Below, piece after piece: positions 1 to 8,889 of a DNA stretch of 13,883 bases; the stretch's first letter is position 1, and each line of letters begins with the position of its first letter. The DNA lies in the NCBI GenBank assembly GCA_036387945.1, contig DASVSS010000377.1, positions 1 through 13,883 of the forward strand, written 5' to 3'. A program made the translations under genes and the position numbers. The notes below the pieces were generated by a model. The model worked only from the letters and a program-made list of their open reading frames with translations, searched no databases and was not told the origin of the DNA. This stretch comes from Tepidisphaeraceae bacterium (lineage in GTDB: Bacteria > Planctomycetota > Phycisphaerae > Tepidisphaerales > Tepidisphaeraceae).

Positions 1-552
1 TCCCCAATCGTAAAGCCCCCCGCCGCCGAATGCCCCTTCGTTGCGCCACCCTGGCCGGTACTCGCGGGCGGCCGGCCCGACGCAACTGGCGAACTGCCCG
101 AGCCGCGATTCGACATTGATGAGCCGACCAAGAACCCCCGACGCAACGGCGGCCTGGACCGTGAGGAAATCCGCGTCCCAGCGCCGGCAGTGAAAGACGC
201 TCAGCACCACGCCCGCGCTCGCCGCGCCATCACGCACGGCCATCGCCTGCGGCAGATCGATCGCAATGGGCTTCTCCACCATGACGTGCTTGCCCGCGGC
301 GATCGCGGCCAAGGCGTGGTCGTGGTGCATCGACGTCGGCGTGGCGATGAGCACCGCGTCGATGGCCGGGTCGTCCAGCAATTCGCCGAGTGCGTCGGTC
401 GTCGCCAAGCCCGCCGCGGCGGCGACGCTGCGGCGCGCGGGTGTCGGATCGAACACCCCGGCGACCGCGCAGTCGTTCGATCGCGCGAGCCAACCCGCAT
501 GCTCATTGCCGATCCGGCCGTACCCGACGATGCCCACGCGGAGCTTGGTCAT
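1..552 (-). CDS. Gfo/Idh/MocA family NAD(P)-dependent oxidoreductase, N-terminal ~184 aa; the 3' end lies beyond the window start
   Basis: Reverse-complement translation from the ATG at 550-552 gives MTKLRVGIVGYGRIGNEHAGWLARSNDCAVAGVFDPTPARR...AIDAVLIATPTSMHHDHALAAIAAGKHVMVEKPIA. This is the classic Rossmann GxGxxG NAD-binding N-terminus of the Gfo/Idh/MocA family. The reading frame stays open to position 1. It is absent from the ORF track only because it runs off the window edge. Confidence 0.8.
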   Translation of the reverse strand, partial: MTKLRVGIVGYGRIGNEHAGWLARSNDCAVAGVFDPTPARRSVAAAAGLATTDALGELLDDPAIDAVLIATPTSMHHDHALAAIAAGKHVMVEKPIAIDLPQAMAVRDGAASAGVVLSVFHCRRWDADFLTVQAAVASGVLGRLINVESRLGQFASCVGPAAREYRPGWRNEGAFGGGGLYDWG

Positions 553-1184
553 GCCTGCCGAGTATGCCGCGCCGCACAGAAAGGCCAAGCGATGATGAAG
601 AGCCGGTCGCGGAGGTGATGTCGCTCCGCCTTGGACGAGTCAGAAACGACCCCGAGGAATGTGAATGAAAGACTGGCTAGCTGCTCATCCATCAATTGCA
701 GAGCGCACAAGACCCGGGAAAGGAGAAGAAAAGGGAGAAAATTTTTGGGGCATGAGCGACTTGCCGGTGCGCGTGAACTCGGTGCATGAACACGGGCGAG
801 ACGCCCGTGCTTCGAGCGAATGCTTCTGTCTCCGAGTCTCTATGCGGGGCGTTCGCAATGTTGATCGGCGTTTCCCTCTGCTTATTTCGTACACAGCGTC
901 CGGTCGTCCGCAGCCAGCCCCGAACCTACGCCGCCAGGACGAAATCCGGGGCTTTTAGCGGCTCGCATGGCGTCAAAGGCGAGAGCGGCGCAAAAAAAAT
1001 CCGCTCGCAGGTTGCGCCTTCCGACCAACCGGCGAGCGGACTCAAGATAGGCTGCGATCGTTTGCCCACGCCACGACGTACGAGCCGTATAGGCAATCGG
1101 GTCAGCCGAAACATTCCAGAGTCCCCGGCAAGCGGTGACTCCTTGGTTTAACGGCTCCTCGCGGTCGCGTTTTCTGATCGCAAA

Positions 1185-1300
1185 AGAAAGTATGGTCATG
1201 CCTGCTCGTCAATGCGATTATAATTTCAGCCGCGCGACACATTAAAAATTTTTTACACACGAATCTCTTTTGACGCCTGCGGCCCAAAGCGGCCGTACCT
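1185..1300. promoter_or_regulatory. AT-rich stretch inside a long divergent intergenic region, a possible promoter zone; contains a perfect TATAAT hexamer at 1219-1224
   Basis: The local AT content is well above the window average (gattataatttcagc, cattaaaaattttttacacacg). No convincing -35 partner could be assigned, so the orientation is uncertain. Confidence 0.2.
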
Positions 1301-1452
1301 GACCATCGTGCCGGCGCTGATGATCGGGTCGCTCGCGCGATCGACGGGTTCGTGGCGCACGGCGCCTGCCGACGAGAAACATCCGCCAATGGCATCGCAC
1401 GTTGAGCGCGTCGCTTGAGAGCGTCGGCACCTTCGGCGAAACTACCCGCCCC

Positions 1453-2232
1453 GTGTCGTTGACGTTTCAATCCTTGCGCTCGAGCAGCAGCGGCAACTGC
1501 CTGTTGCTGTGCTGCGGCGATCATTCCATCCTGATCGACTGCGGCCTGAAGACGCAGAAAGAATGCCGCGCCCTGCTCGACGCCCACGCGGGGCGGCTGC
1601 GCGGCGTACTTGTGACGCACGCGCATGGCGATCACATCTGTTACTCGGCCTTGAAGATCATGCAGGCGTACGGCACGCCCGTGTACTGTCACGACGACGT
1701 GCTGCCGCACGTGCATCGCAAGCACGTCGGGCGATTGAACTCGCCGCTGGAACTGACGCCATTCGCTGGCGAAGCGGCGGTCGACGTGGGCGGCTTCGGT
1801 GTGCGGGCGTTCCCCGTGCCGCACGAGCCGCAATGCCCGACGTTCGGCTTCGTCATCACCTGCGGCAACAAGAAGCTCGTCGTCTGCACCGATTTCCACG
1901 ACCCTGACGCGATCCGCCCGCACCTGTGCGATGCGGACTTCGTCTTCATCGAAGCCAACCACGACCCGCACCTGCTGCGGCTGCATCCCAACTACGCCAG
2001 CCACTTTCACCTCAGCAACGCCAAGGCGGCCCGGCTGCTGTGTGACGCCGCGCGCGCTGGCCGCTGTGCGCCGCGGCACGTCATGCTCGGGCACCTCAGC
2101 GAGCAGCGCAACACCGAGTCGCTCGCCCGACATGCCGTGACCGATCACTTCGCCGACGAAGACGTCGATGTGGATTTCGAGCTGTCGCTGGCGCCGCGGC
2201 GGACGGCGTCGCAGGTCGTCACGATCGCGTGA
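1453..2232 (+). CDS. MBL-fold metallo-hydrolase (YycJ/PhnP-like metallo-beta-lactamase superfamily)
   Basis: The translation contains SSSGNCLLL...ILIDCG and the HxHxDH zinc motif (VTHAHGDHI), plus later His/Asp ligands (PVPHEP, CTDFHD, MLGHLS). From the GTG at 1453 the N-terminus is VSLTFQSLRSSSSGNCLLL, which resembles YycJ-type starts. The track ORF begins further upstream at the TTG at 1402, so the start is uncertain. Confidence 0.8.
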   Translation: MSLTFQSLRSSSSGNCLLLCCGDHSILIDCGLKTQKECRALLDAHAGRLRGVLVTHAHGDHICYSALKIMQAYGTPVYCHDDVLPHVHRKHVGRLNSPLELTPFAGEAAVDVGGFGVRAFPVPHEPQCPTFGFVITCGNKKLVVCTDFHDPDAIRPHLCDADFVFIEANHDPHLLRLHPNYASHFHLSNAKAARLLCDAARAGRCAPRHVMLGHLSEQRNTESLARHAVTDHFADEDVDVDFELSLAPRRTASQVVTIA

Positions 2233-3586
2233 CCGCTGCCCGGCCCTTCCCCTGCGATGCCGCCACGAGTGCCCCGCCGGCGATCCCGCTGACGGCCGAG
2301 GCAGCGAGAATGCCCAGCTTCGCGGCCGTGAGCCGATCGTCCTGCCCGACGAAAGCGAGATTGGCGACGAACAACGACATCGTGAAGCCGATGCCGCACA
2401 ACACCGAGACGCCCACGATCTGCCGCCACGTCGCCCCCGCCGGCAGCGCCGCGAGTCCGCTTTTGACTGCCCCCCACGACGCCAGCAGGATGCCCACCGG
2501 CTTGCCCACGAGCAGCCCGAGCAGAACGCCCCACGCGATCGGGCTGCTTAGTGCCGCCGTGCCGCCGGTGCGGACGTCGACCCCGGCATTGGCCAGCGCG
2601 AACAGCGGGACGATCAGGAAATTCACCGGCTTCAGCAGCGCGTGTTCGAGCCGCGCCAGCGGCGTCTGCACCGCCTGCGCCGCTTCTTCCATCGCCTTGA
2701 GGGCGTGGCTTTGGTCGTCGGTGATTTTGTCGGGCGTGGACTTCGCGTCCCGGTCGAAACGCCCGAGCATGCGCCCGACGTAATCGACGAACGTGCGCTC
2801 GTCCACCTGCCGCGTGGCCGGGATGGTGAACGCCAAGAGCACCCCCGCGACCGTCGCATGCACGCCGCTGGCGAGTGTCGCCGCCCACATGCCAATGCCG
2901 AGGACGAGATAAGGCGCCGGGCTGTGCACGCGCAACACGTTCAACAGCACCAACGCCAGAAGAAACCCGCCGGCCAATGCCAGTGCCGGGATCGAAATCT
3001 GCTGCGTGTAGAACACCGCGATGACGAGCACGGCCCCGAGATCGTCGACAATCGCCACCGCTAGCAAAAAGACCTTGACCGAAATCGGCAGCGCGCGGCC
3101 CACCAGCGCCAGCACGCCGACGGCGAACGCGATGTCTGTCGCCATCGGCACGCCCCACCCCGCCGCGCCGGGCCCGCCGGCGTTGAACGCGGCATAAATG
3201 CCGGCCGGCACGATCATCCCCCCCGCCGCCGCCGCCACCGGCAAGCTCGCCCTGCGAAACGACGCCAACTCACCCAAGAGCAGTTCGCGCTTGATCTCAA
3301 GCCCGACGAGCAGAAAGAAAATCACCATCAAGCCGTCGTTCACCCAATGCGCCAGCGACATCCCGTACGTAAACGTGCCGACGTTGATCCGGGCATAAGA
3401 GTGCCACAGCGCCTCATAACCCGCCCCCCACGGAGAGTTCGCCCACGCCAGTGCGACCAAGGCCGCGAGCAGCAGCAGAACCCCGCCCGCGGATTCGGCC
3501 GACAAGAACGCCTGAAGAGGCCGCAAGAGCGGCTCGAGCCGCGACGGGCTTCGCGCGATCCGGGCACTATTCATCCGCGCCATCAT
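2219..3586 (-). CDS. nhaA: Na+/H+ antiporter NhaA
   Basis: A 455-aa polytopic membrane protein with hallmark NhaA segments: VNDGLMVIFFLLVGLEIKRE, PMATDIAFAVGVLALVG, FLLAVAIVDDLGAVLVIAVFYT. Its 3' end overlaps the convergent MBL hydrolase gene by 14 bp. Confidence 0.9.
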   Translation of the reverse strand: MMARMNSARIARSPSRLEPLLRPLQAFLSAESAGGVLLLLAALVALAWANSPWGAGYEALWHSYARINVGTFTYGMSLAHWVNDGLMVIFFLLVGLEIKRELLLGELASFRRASLPVAAAAGGMIVPAGIYAAFNAGGPGAAGWGVPMATDIAFAVGVLALVGRALPISVKVFLLAVAIVDDLGAVLVIAVFYTQQISIPALALAGGFLLALVLLNVLRVHSPAPYLVLGIGMWAATLASGVHATVAGVLLAFTIPATRQVDERTFVDYVGRMLGRFDRDAKSTPDKITDDQSHALKAMEEAAQAVQTPLARLEHALLKPVNFLIVPLFALANAGVDVRTGGTAALSSPIAWGVLLGLLVGKPVGILLASWGAVKSGLAALPAGATWRQIVGVSVLCGIGFTMSLFVANLAFVGQDDRLTAAKLGILAASAVSGIAGGALVAASQGKGRAAVTRS

Positions 3587-3670
3587 TCAGATGAGCCGAC
3601 GCGCGCCAAGAGTTGGCGCCACCTGCGGCTTGCATCCTCGCCATCGCCAGCCAACGGGCGCTGCCATGGA

Positions 3671-4573
3671 TCAATGGCCCGTCGATTTGGGCTTGATCGC
3701 AAAGACTTTGACGCTCGCGGCGTACTCATTCACGTCATACTTTTGCAGCAGATCCGCAAGCCCGCCGTGGACCGTCATCGCCGAAATGTCAGTCCCGCAA
3801 CAGCCCCCGCTCGCCAGCGGCAGCGTAGACGACGATACCATCGGCGGCGCGCAGCAGGCGGACTGATTCTCGACCTTCGCGTAGGCGTTGAGATCGGCCT
3901 TTGCGTCCACGACCGCCACGTCCGCGAAACCCGCGTCGCCCAGCCCGGCGACGTAGTCGTCGATCGTAATCGCGCCGGCGATGCACCCGACGTACGCCAT
4001 CACGCTGTCGGCGAGTTCGGCGGGAAGCGTCTTCTTGATCGCGATGTCCGACACCGCCACCCGTCCGCCGGGCTTGAGCACACGGGCGATCTCGCGAAAC
4101 ACCGCGCCCTTGTCCGGGGCCAGGTTGATCACGCAGTTGCTGATGACCACGTCCACGCTGGCGTCGGCCAGGGGTAGACGGTCGATGGCCGACAAGTGAA
4201 ACTCGACATTCGCGTAAGGCGCACCCTGCGGCCCGCGCCGGGCGTTCTGCCGCGCGCGGTCGATCATGGCCTCGGTCATGTCGATCCCGATGACCCGGCC
4301 CGATGGACCGACTTTTTCCGCCGCCAGAAACACGTCCAGCCCCCCGCCGCTGCCGAGGTCGACCACCACTTCGCCCGGCCTGAGGTTGGCCATGGCCGTG
4401 GGATTGCCGCACGAAAGGCCCATGTTCGCCTCGGCCGGCACCGCGGCGAGTTCCTCCGCCGAATACCCGAACGCCTCCGCCACGGCATGCACGCCCGCGT
4501 CCCTGCTCGACAGTGCACTGCGTGCGACCGCACCGTACCCGCTCTTCACGTCCGCAATGACATCGGCCATCAC
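3671..4573 (-). CDS. arsM: Arsenite S-adenosylmethionine methyltransferase family protein (ArsM/AS3MT-like)
   Basis: A SAM-methyltransferase core ([13 protein letters not shown]) plus motifs shared with human AS3MT and bacterial ArsM: MGLSCGNP (N-terminal Cys), [35 protein letters not shown] (the SNCVINL catalytic-Cys block), YVGCIAGA (third conserved Cys) and the C-terminal GGCCG. The start is either the GTG at 4573 or the ATG at 4570. An AGGAAC Shine-Dalgarno-like element lies about 15 nt upstream. Confidence 0.85.
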   Translation of the reverse strand: MMADVIADVKSGYGAVARSALSSRDAGVHAVAEAFGYSAEELAAVPAEANMGLSCGNPTAMANLRPGEVVVDLGSGGGLDVFLAAEKVGPSGRVIGIDMTEAMIDRARQNARRGPQGAPYANVEFHLSAIDRLPLADASVDVVISNCVINLAPDKGAVFREIARVLKPGGRVAVSDIAIKKTLPAELADSVMAYVGCIAGAITIDDYVAGLGDAGFADVAVVDAKADLNAYAKVENQSACCAPPMVSSSTLPLASGGCCGTDISAMTVHGGLADLLQKYDVNEYAASVKVFAIKPKSTGH

Positions 4574-4650
4574 AACTCCGGTTCGTTCCTCGGATCATAC
4601 ATCGGCGGAATCGTCACTCCCAATATGCCCGCCCTCCCTCGCCACGCCAC

Positions 4651-6279
4651 CTATTCCCACTCGATGGTCGCCGGCGGCTTGGAGCTGATGTCGTAAACGA
4701 CACGGTTCACGCCACGCACCTCGTTGATGATGCGGTTGCTCATCTCGGCCAGCACATTGAACGGGATGCGGGCCCAGTCGGCGGTCATGAAATCCTGGCT
4801 TTCGACGGCGCGGATGGCGATGACGCTGTCGTAGCTGCGGGCGTCGCCCATGACGCCGACGGTGCCGATGGGGAGCAGGACGGCGAAGACCTGGCTGGTC
4901 TTGCGGTACAAGTTCGCGGCGACGAGTTCTTCCAGCACGATCTCGTCGGCGTCGCGGAGGACACGCAGGCGCTCTTCGGTGATGTCGCCGATCACGCGGA
5001 CGGCCAGGCCCGGGCCGGGGAAGGGATGTCGCCAGACGATGTTCTCCGGCAGGCCAAGGGCCTCGCCGACCTTGCGGACTTCGTCCTTGAACAATTCGCG
5101 CAGCGGCTCGACGAGCTTGAAGCCGAGTTGCTCGGGCAGGCCGCCGACATTGTGGTGGAGTTTGATGTTCGCCGACGTGCCGGCGTAGCCGTGGCCGCTT
5201 TCGATCACGTCGGGGTACAGCGTGCCCTGGGCAAGAAAAGCGATCGCCGATGAACCGTTCTTGCCCTTGGCGCCGGTCGTCGATCGTTGCAGCTCGTCGG
5301 CGGTGCGCTTGAAGGCGTCGATGAATTCCCTGCCGATGATCTTACGCTTCTGCTGCGGGTCGGCGATGCCCGTGAGGGCGGCGAGGAACTGCGCGCCGGC
5401 GTCGTTGACGCGCAAATCGAGTTTGAAGTGGTCGCGGAAAGTCGTTTCGACGAGCGTGCGCTCGTTCTTGCGCAGCAGGCCGTTGTCCACGAAGATGCAC
5501 GTGAGCTGGTCGCCGATGGCCTTGTGCAGCAGCGCGGCGGCGACGCTGGAATCCACCCCGCCGCTGAGGCCGCAGATGACGCGGCCGTCACCCACCTGGG
5601 CGCGGATGCGCTCGACCGACTGCTCGATGAAGTTGCCCATCGTCCATGTGCCGGCGCACTTGCAGATCTCGTAGAGGAAGTTGTGGAAGATTACGTCGCC
5701 GCGCGGCGTGTGGGTGACTTCGGGGTGGAACTGCACGCCGTAGAACGGCACGGTCTTGTGCCGCGCCGCGGCGAACGGGCAGGTGGGCGTGCTGGCGATG
5801 GCGATGAAATCGTCGCTCAGGTTATGCACCTGGTCGCCGTGGCTCATCCACACGGTCGTGTCCTGCGGCAAGCCGCGGGTGAACGGGTCGTCGCCGTTGA
5901 TCTTGAGGTGCGCGCGGCCGAACTCCCGCGCGGCTGCGGCTTTGACCTCTGCGCCCAGCAGTTGGCTGCCGAGCTGCATGCCGTAGCAGATGCCCAGCAC
6001 CGGCACGCCGAGCTCGAAGATGCGCTCGTCGCACCGCGGCGCGCCGGGGGCATACACGCTGCTCGGCCCGCCACTGAGGATGATCCCCTTGGGCCGCATT
6101 CGCGCGATCTCTTCGATCGAAATGTCAGGCCGGACAAGCTCGCTGAACACGCCCTTCTCGCGCACGCGGCGGGCGATCAACTGGGCGTATTGCGACCCGA
6201 AATCCAGGATCGGGATCACTTCGTCATGAACGATGGGCAGAGGAAGCGTACCCGGCGCGGCCGTCGTCGAGGGCGTCAT
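4651..6279 (-). CDS. guaA: GMP synthase (glutamine-hydrolysing)
   Basis: The N-terminal class-I glutamine amidotransferase domain is present ([33 protein letters not shown]). So are the ATP-pyrophosphatase P-loop ([10 protein letters not shown]) and a C-terminus (HNVGGLP...KPPATIEWE) essentially identical to E. coli GuaA. Confidence 0.95.
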   Translation of the reverse strand: MTPSTTAAPGTLPLPIVHDEVIPILDFGSQYAQLIARRVREKGVFSELVRPDISIEEIARMRPKGIILSGGPSSVYAPGAPRCDERIFELGVPVLGICYGMQLGSQLLGAEVKAAAAREFGRAHLKINGDDPFTRGLPQDTTVWMSHGDQVHNLSDDFIAIASTPTCPFAAARHKTVPFYGVQFHPEVTHTPRGDVIFHNFLYEICKCAGTWTMGNFIEQSVERIRAQVGDGRVICGLSGGVDSSVAAALLHKAIGDQLTCIFVDNGLLRKNERTLVETTFRDHFKLDLRVNDAGAQFLAALTGIADPQQKRKIIGREFIDAFKRTADELQRSTTGAKGKNGSSAIAFLAQGTLYPDVIESGHGYAGTSANIKLHHNVGGLPEQLGFKLVEPLRELFKDEVRKVGEALGLPENIVWRHPFPGPGLAVRVIGDITEERLRVLRDADEIVLEELVAANLYRKTSQVFAVLLPIGTVGVMGDARSYDSVIAIRAVESQDFMTADWARIPFNVLAEMSNRIINEVRGVNRVVYDISSKPPATIEWE

Positions 6280-6534
6280 AGAACGTGATTACCCGATGCC
6301 CGAACGCGACGCAATCCGCCCGGGCGGTCGTGTCGGGTCGCTGACCGTGGGCTGGTGCCGCAGGTCAGGCCATGCTCGATAGTCTGTGCCGATCGCGCCT
6401 CGCACAGCACACGCCTGGCACCTGCCTCAGGTCGCCTGGATCAAGGCGCTTAAACTAGCGACGAGGCGAGTTCTCTATGATGGGGCACTCAGCATCTTCG
6501 ACGCGGCCCGGGCAACGGACAATAGGCTACGAAA

Positions 6535-8754
6535 TCACCGGCGCACGGCGGCTGTGAATAATACGTCGATCGGATTACCCGACAACAACTGACCGTTGAG
6601 GCGAGCGATGTCGCCCAGTTTCAGCGCGAGATCGACCAGCTTGGTGAACTTGCGCACCGGCGACAGCTCATTTTCGGCCATGTCGACGCCGATTTTCTCG
6701 GTGATATTGATAAGCAGTTCCACTTTGGTGGAAGAGAGAAAAATGGCGGCAAGATTGTTCGCGATCGCCGTCGCGTGACGAAGCGGCTTCTCTCCGAATC
6801 GCAGCAGCCGAGCGACGGAATCGGCGATCTCAGGAATCGTGAGCAAGTCATCGGCGACCTCCGCCAGCAGCTCCGGTTCAGGAATTTGGACCATTGAGCA
6901 GACGAGGTCGAGGATATTCAATGCGCCGGCCTGCACGGTCATTGTCGATCGAACGGTGACCGTGTCCCCGCCGCGGCGGAAGACTGCGTCGTATGCCGTA
7001 TCGAAGTCAGGGGCGAGTACGCCCGCGCGGGCAAAGGCGCCGGAGAGCCGACGCGATGCGGTGGCCTCGGCGGCACCGGCGGAGATGACTTGCGTTCCCA
7101 ACCACAGCTTCAGCGTGTTGCGCACGCCGATGACTGTCGACAGCGGCGCCGGTCCGAGCGGACGCGCCACGCCGCCAACGGTTACGGTGCTGCCGTCGAT
7201 CACGTTGACGCCAAGCATGAGCGCAACGGCCGCCGATCCGAAATCGGGGGCGCTGCGGACCCCCACGATCCCGCCGGCCGCGCGGGATCGCACCCAATAG
7301 TGGTAACGCCGCCCCGGCAGCACGTCGGTGTCGACGTAGCCGGGGGCTGCCAGATTGGTCGCTTTGCGGACCGCGCCTGTGAAGGACCGCGTCTCGGAAC
7401 GGTACACGTCGTAGCCGACGGCCCCGGGCACCGCGTCCCAAATCACCCGTACGCGGCCCTCGTACCGGCCGTCGCTGGCGGCGACGCCCGTCGGGGCGCC
7501 AGGAGCGGTCGGCGTTGGAGTCGGAGTCGGCGTTGGCGTCGGCGTCACGCTTGCGCGAGGGGCAAGTCGGCGGATCACAATATCAGTCGTGGCCTTGTCA
7601 CCGCCGATCACCAACAATCTGCCCGCGGCGTCGACTTCCAGTTCCTCGGCGCTGAAAGGTCCGCCCGGCACTTCGCCGTCGCCGGAGAACGTCATCTCGT
7701 GTGCACTGAAATCGCGGTACGCACGCAATACGGGATCGTCATACTCGAATTCGTCGTTGTAGATTCCCTCGCTCACGATCACCGCATTCGGCGCGATCAC
7801 GGCGACGGCACTGAAAATCGGCCCACGCGCTGCGTTCAACCCTTTTAAGGCCGTCGGCGATAGCCGGTAAACGCCGGCGGCGTGGAAGCCGTCACCGCCC
7901 GTCACGATGGCGTCTCCGTCCGGCTCGAACGCGACGTCGTTGATGTCCGGCAGCAATCCTGCGTCGAACCGCGTCGCCGTTTTCCCGCCGGCGGGGACGC
8001 GATAGAACCACGCGTCGTTTGAATAAGCGCTATCGCCGTTCTGGACGACGCCGACCACGCGGTTGTCCGATGTCGCGTGTAGACCCGCCCAGCCGTTGCC
8101 GTCGCCGGCTTGTCCGGTGCGCAGCAGGCCTGTCGGGGTATTGCCGTACGCAACCACGATGCGGCCGCGGGCGTCGAACCGCGCCAGCGCGAGTTCGCCG
8201 TCCGCCTCACCCGCGACGACGACCGACCCGTCGGGCAGGAGCGCGACTTCCATGATTCGCGCCGGCGATCCAGGCAACGCCACGCGGCCGGCGGTCCCGA
8301 AGGCCTGATCGACCGAGCCGTCAGCCCGGCGGCGCTCGAGCACCGACGACGTGAAATCCTCCCGGGTGCGGACGAGGTAGGTGAAGTCTCCGCTCACCGC
8401 GACGTCGTCGAGGTATTCGCCGGACGAAAGGGTGATCGAGCCGCGGGCGCCAAAAGTGCGATCAATGCGCCCGGATGGCGTTAATTGCACGATAAAGTCA
8501 GGCGGGTCGTCACTGGACGTGTAGCTCACGTGCACGATCAGCCGGCCGTCCGGGCGTACATAGGCGTCGCGCGCATTGGCGCTGGGGCCATAATTCAAAC
8601 GCGCGACGCCGGCCGATCCGAACGACGGATCGAGGTCGCCAAAAGCCAGGAGCTCGCGCCGCTCCAGCGTTTCAAGCGCAAAAGCCCGTAGACCCGCGTC
8701 CGTATCCGACCGCATGCTCTCTCCCGGGAAGTGAGCGCGTAACGTAGCCATCAC
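6535..8754 (-). CDS. Large multidomain secreted-type protein: N-terminal LETLERRELLA motif, delta-60 repeat beta-propeller region, PT-linker, FN3-like domain and a C-terminal helical domain of unknown function
   Basis: 739 aa. Residues ~30-420 carry repeated delta-60-type units (GDLDPSFGSAG...RPDGRLIV; RRADGSVDQAFGTAGRV...LLPDGSVVVAGEADGELALARFDARG). Next come TPTPTPTPTPTPT and an FN3-like module (ASDGRYEGRVRVIWDAVPGAVGYDVYRSE...GRRYHYWVRS). The last ~250 aa have no recognisable motif. The alternative start at MRSD (8715) is equally plausible. Confidence 0.8.
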   Translation of the reverse strand: MMATLRAHFPGESMRSDTDAGLRAFALETLERRELLAFGDLDPSFGSAGVARLNYGPSANARDAYVRPDGRLIVHVSYTSSDDPPDFIVQLTPSGRIDRTFGARGSITLSSGEYLDDVAVSGDFTYLVRTREDFTSSVLERRRADGSVDQAFGTAGRVALPGSPARIMEVALLPDGSVVVAGEADGELALARFDARGRIVVAYGNTPTGLLRTGQAGDGNGWAGLHATSDNRVVGVVQNGDSAYSNDAWFYRVPAGGKTATRFDAGLLPDINDVAFEPDGDAIVTGGDGFHAAGVYRLSPTALKGLNAARGPIFSAVAVIAPNAVIVSEGIYNDEFEYDDPVLRAYRDFSAHEMTFSGDGEVPGGPFSAEELEVDAAGRLLVIGGDKATTDIVIRRLAPRASVTPTPTPTPTPTPTAPGAPTGVAASDGRYEGRVRVIWDAVPGAVGYDVYRSETRSFTGAVRKATNLAAPGYVDTDVLPGRRYHYWVRSRAAGGIVGVRSAPDFGSAAVALMLGVNVIDGSTVTVGGVARPLGPAPLSTVIGVRNTLKLWLGTQVISAGAAEATASRRLSGAFARAGVLAPDFDTAYDAVFRRGGDTVTVRSTMTVQAGALNILDLVCSMVQIPEPELLAEVADDLLTIPEIADSVARLLRFGEKPLRHATAIANNLAAIFLSSTKVELLINITEKIGVDMAENELSPVRKFTKLVDLALKLGDIARLNGQLLSGNPIDVLFTAAVRR
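7511..7546. repeat. Hexanucleotide tandem repeat (GGCGTY/GGAGTC x6) encoding the (TP)n linker
   Basis: Read directly from the sequence: ggcgtt ggagtc ggagtc ggcgtt ggcgtc ggcgtc. On the coding (minus) strand this translates to TPTPTPTPTPTP. Confidence 0.7.
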
Positions 8755-8889
8755 GAACTACGCAAGCAAGGCGACGGGCAGCGCAAGGCCACAGATACTG
8801 CGAGGATCTCACGTGCTCAGCGGGCGCCGGCGCTATGCGGGACGGCATGACAGGAACGTCACGCTTTCTTCGCGACAGCGACCGGATGA

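Noticed and set aside
190-668. Several 90-140-aa ORFs on both strands
   Set aside because: They are other frames of the Gfo/Idh/MocA oxidoreductase N-terminus, which reads cleanly on the minus strand from the ATG at 552.
665-1199. Small ORFs 665-958(+), 786-1151(+), 882-1199(-), considered as possible small proteins
   Set aside because: Third-codon-position GC is mixed rather than the strongly G/C-biased pattern of real genes in this genome. The AAGGAG near 713 is 30+ nt from the nearest ATG. There are no motifs. The region is treated as non-coding.
1102-2148. 348-aa minus-strand ORF
   Set aside because: It is antisense to the MBL-fold hydrolase gene, which has clear catalytic motifs. The Arg/Ala-rich translation is typical of a high-GC mirror-frame artefact.
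2145-3158. 337-aa minus-strand ORF (Arg/Gly-rich), the 3347-4177 plus ORF and the 3789-4598 minus ORF
   Set aside because: They are alternative frames or antisense to the well-supported nhaA and arsM genes. The translations are low-complexity and Arg/Gly-rich with no domain signatures.
5287-6288. 333-aa plus-strand ORF
   Set aside because: It is antisense to guaA, which is unambiguous, and so a frame-shadow ORF.
6280-6534. Looked for a purine riboswitch upstream of guaA and for an immunity-like small ORF downstream of the delta-60 gene
   Set aside because: No guanine-riboswitch consensus was recognisable on the minus strand. The only downstream minus-strand ORF is about 6 codons long.
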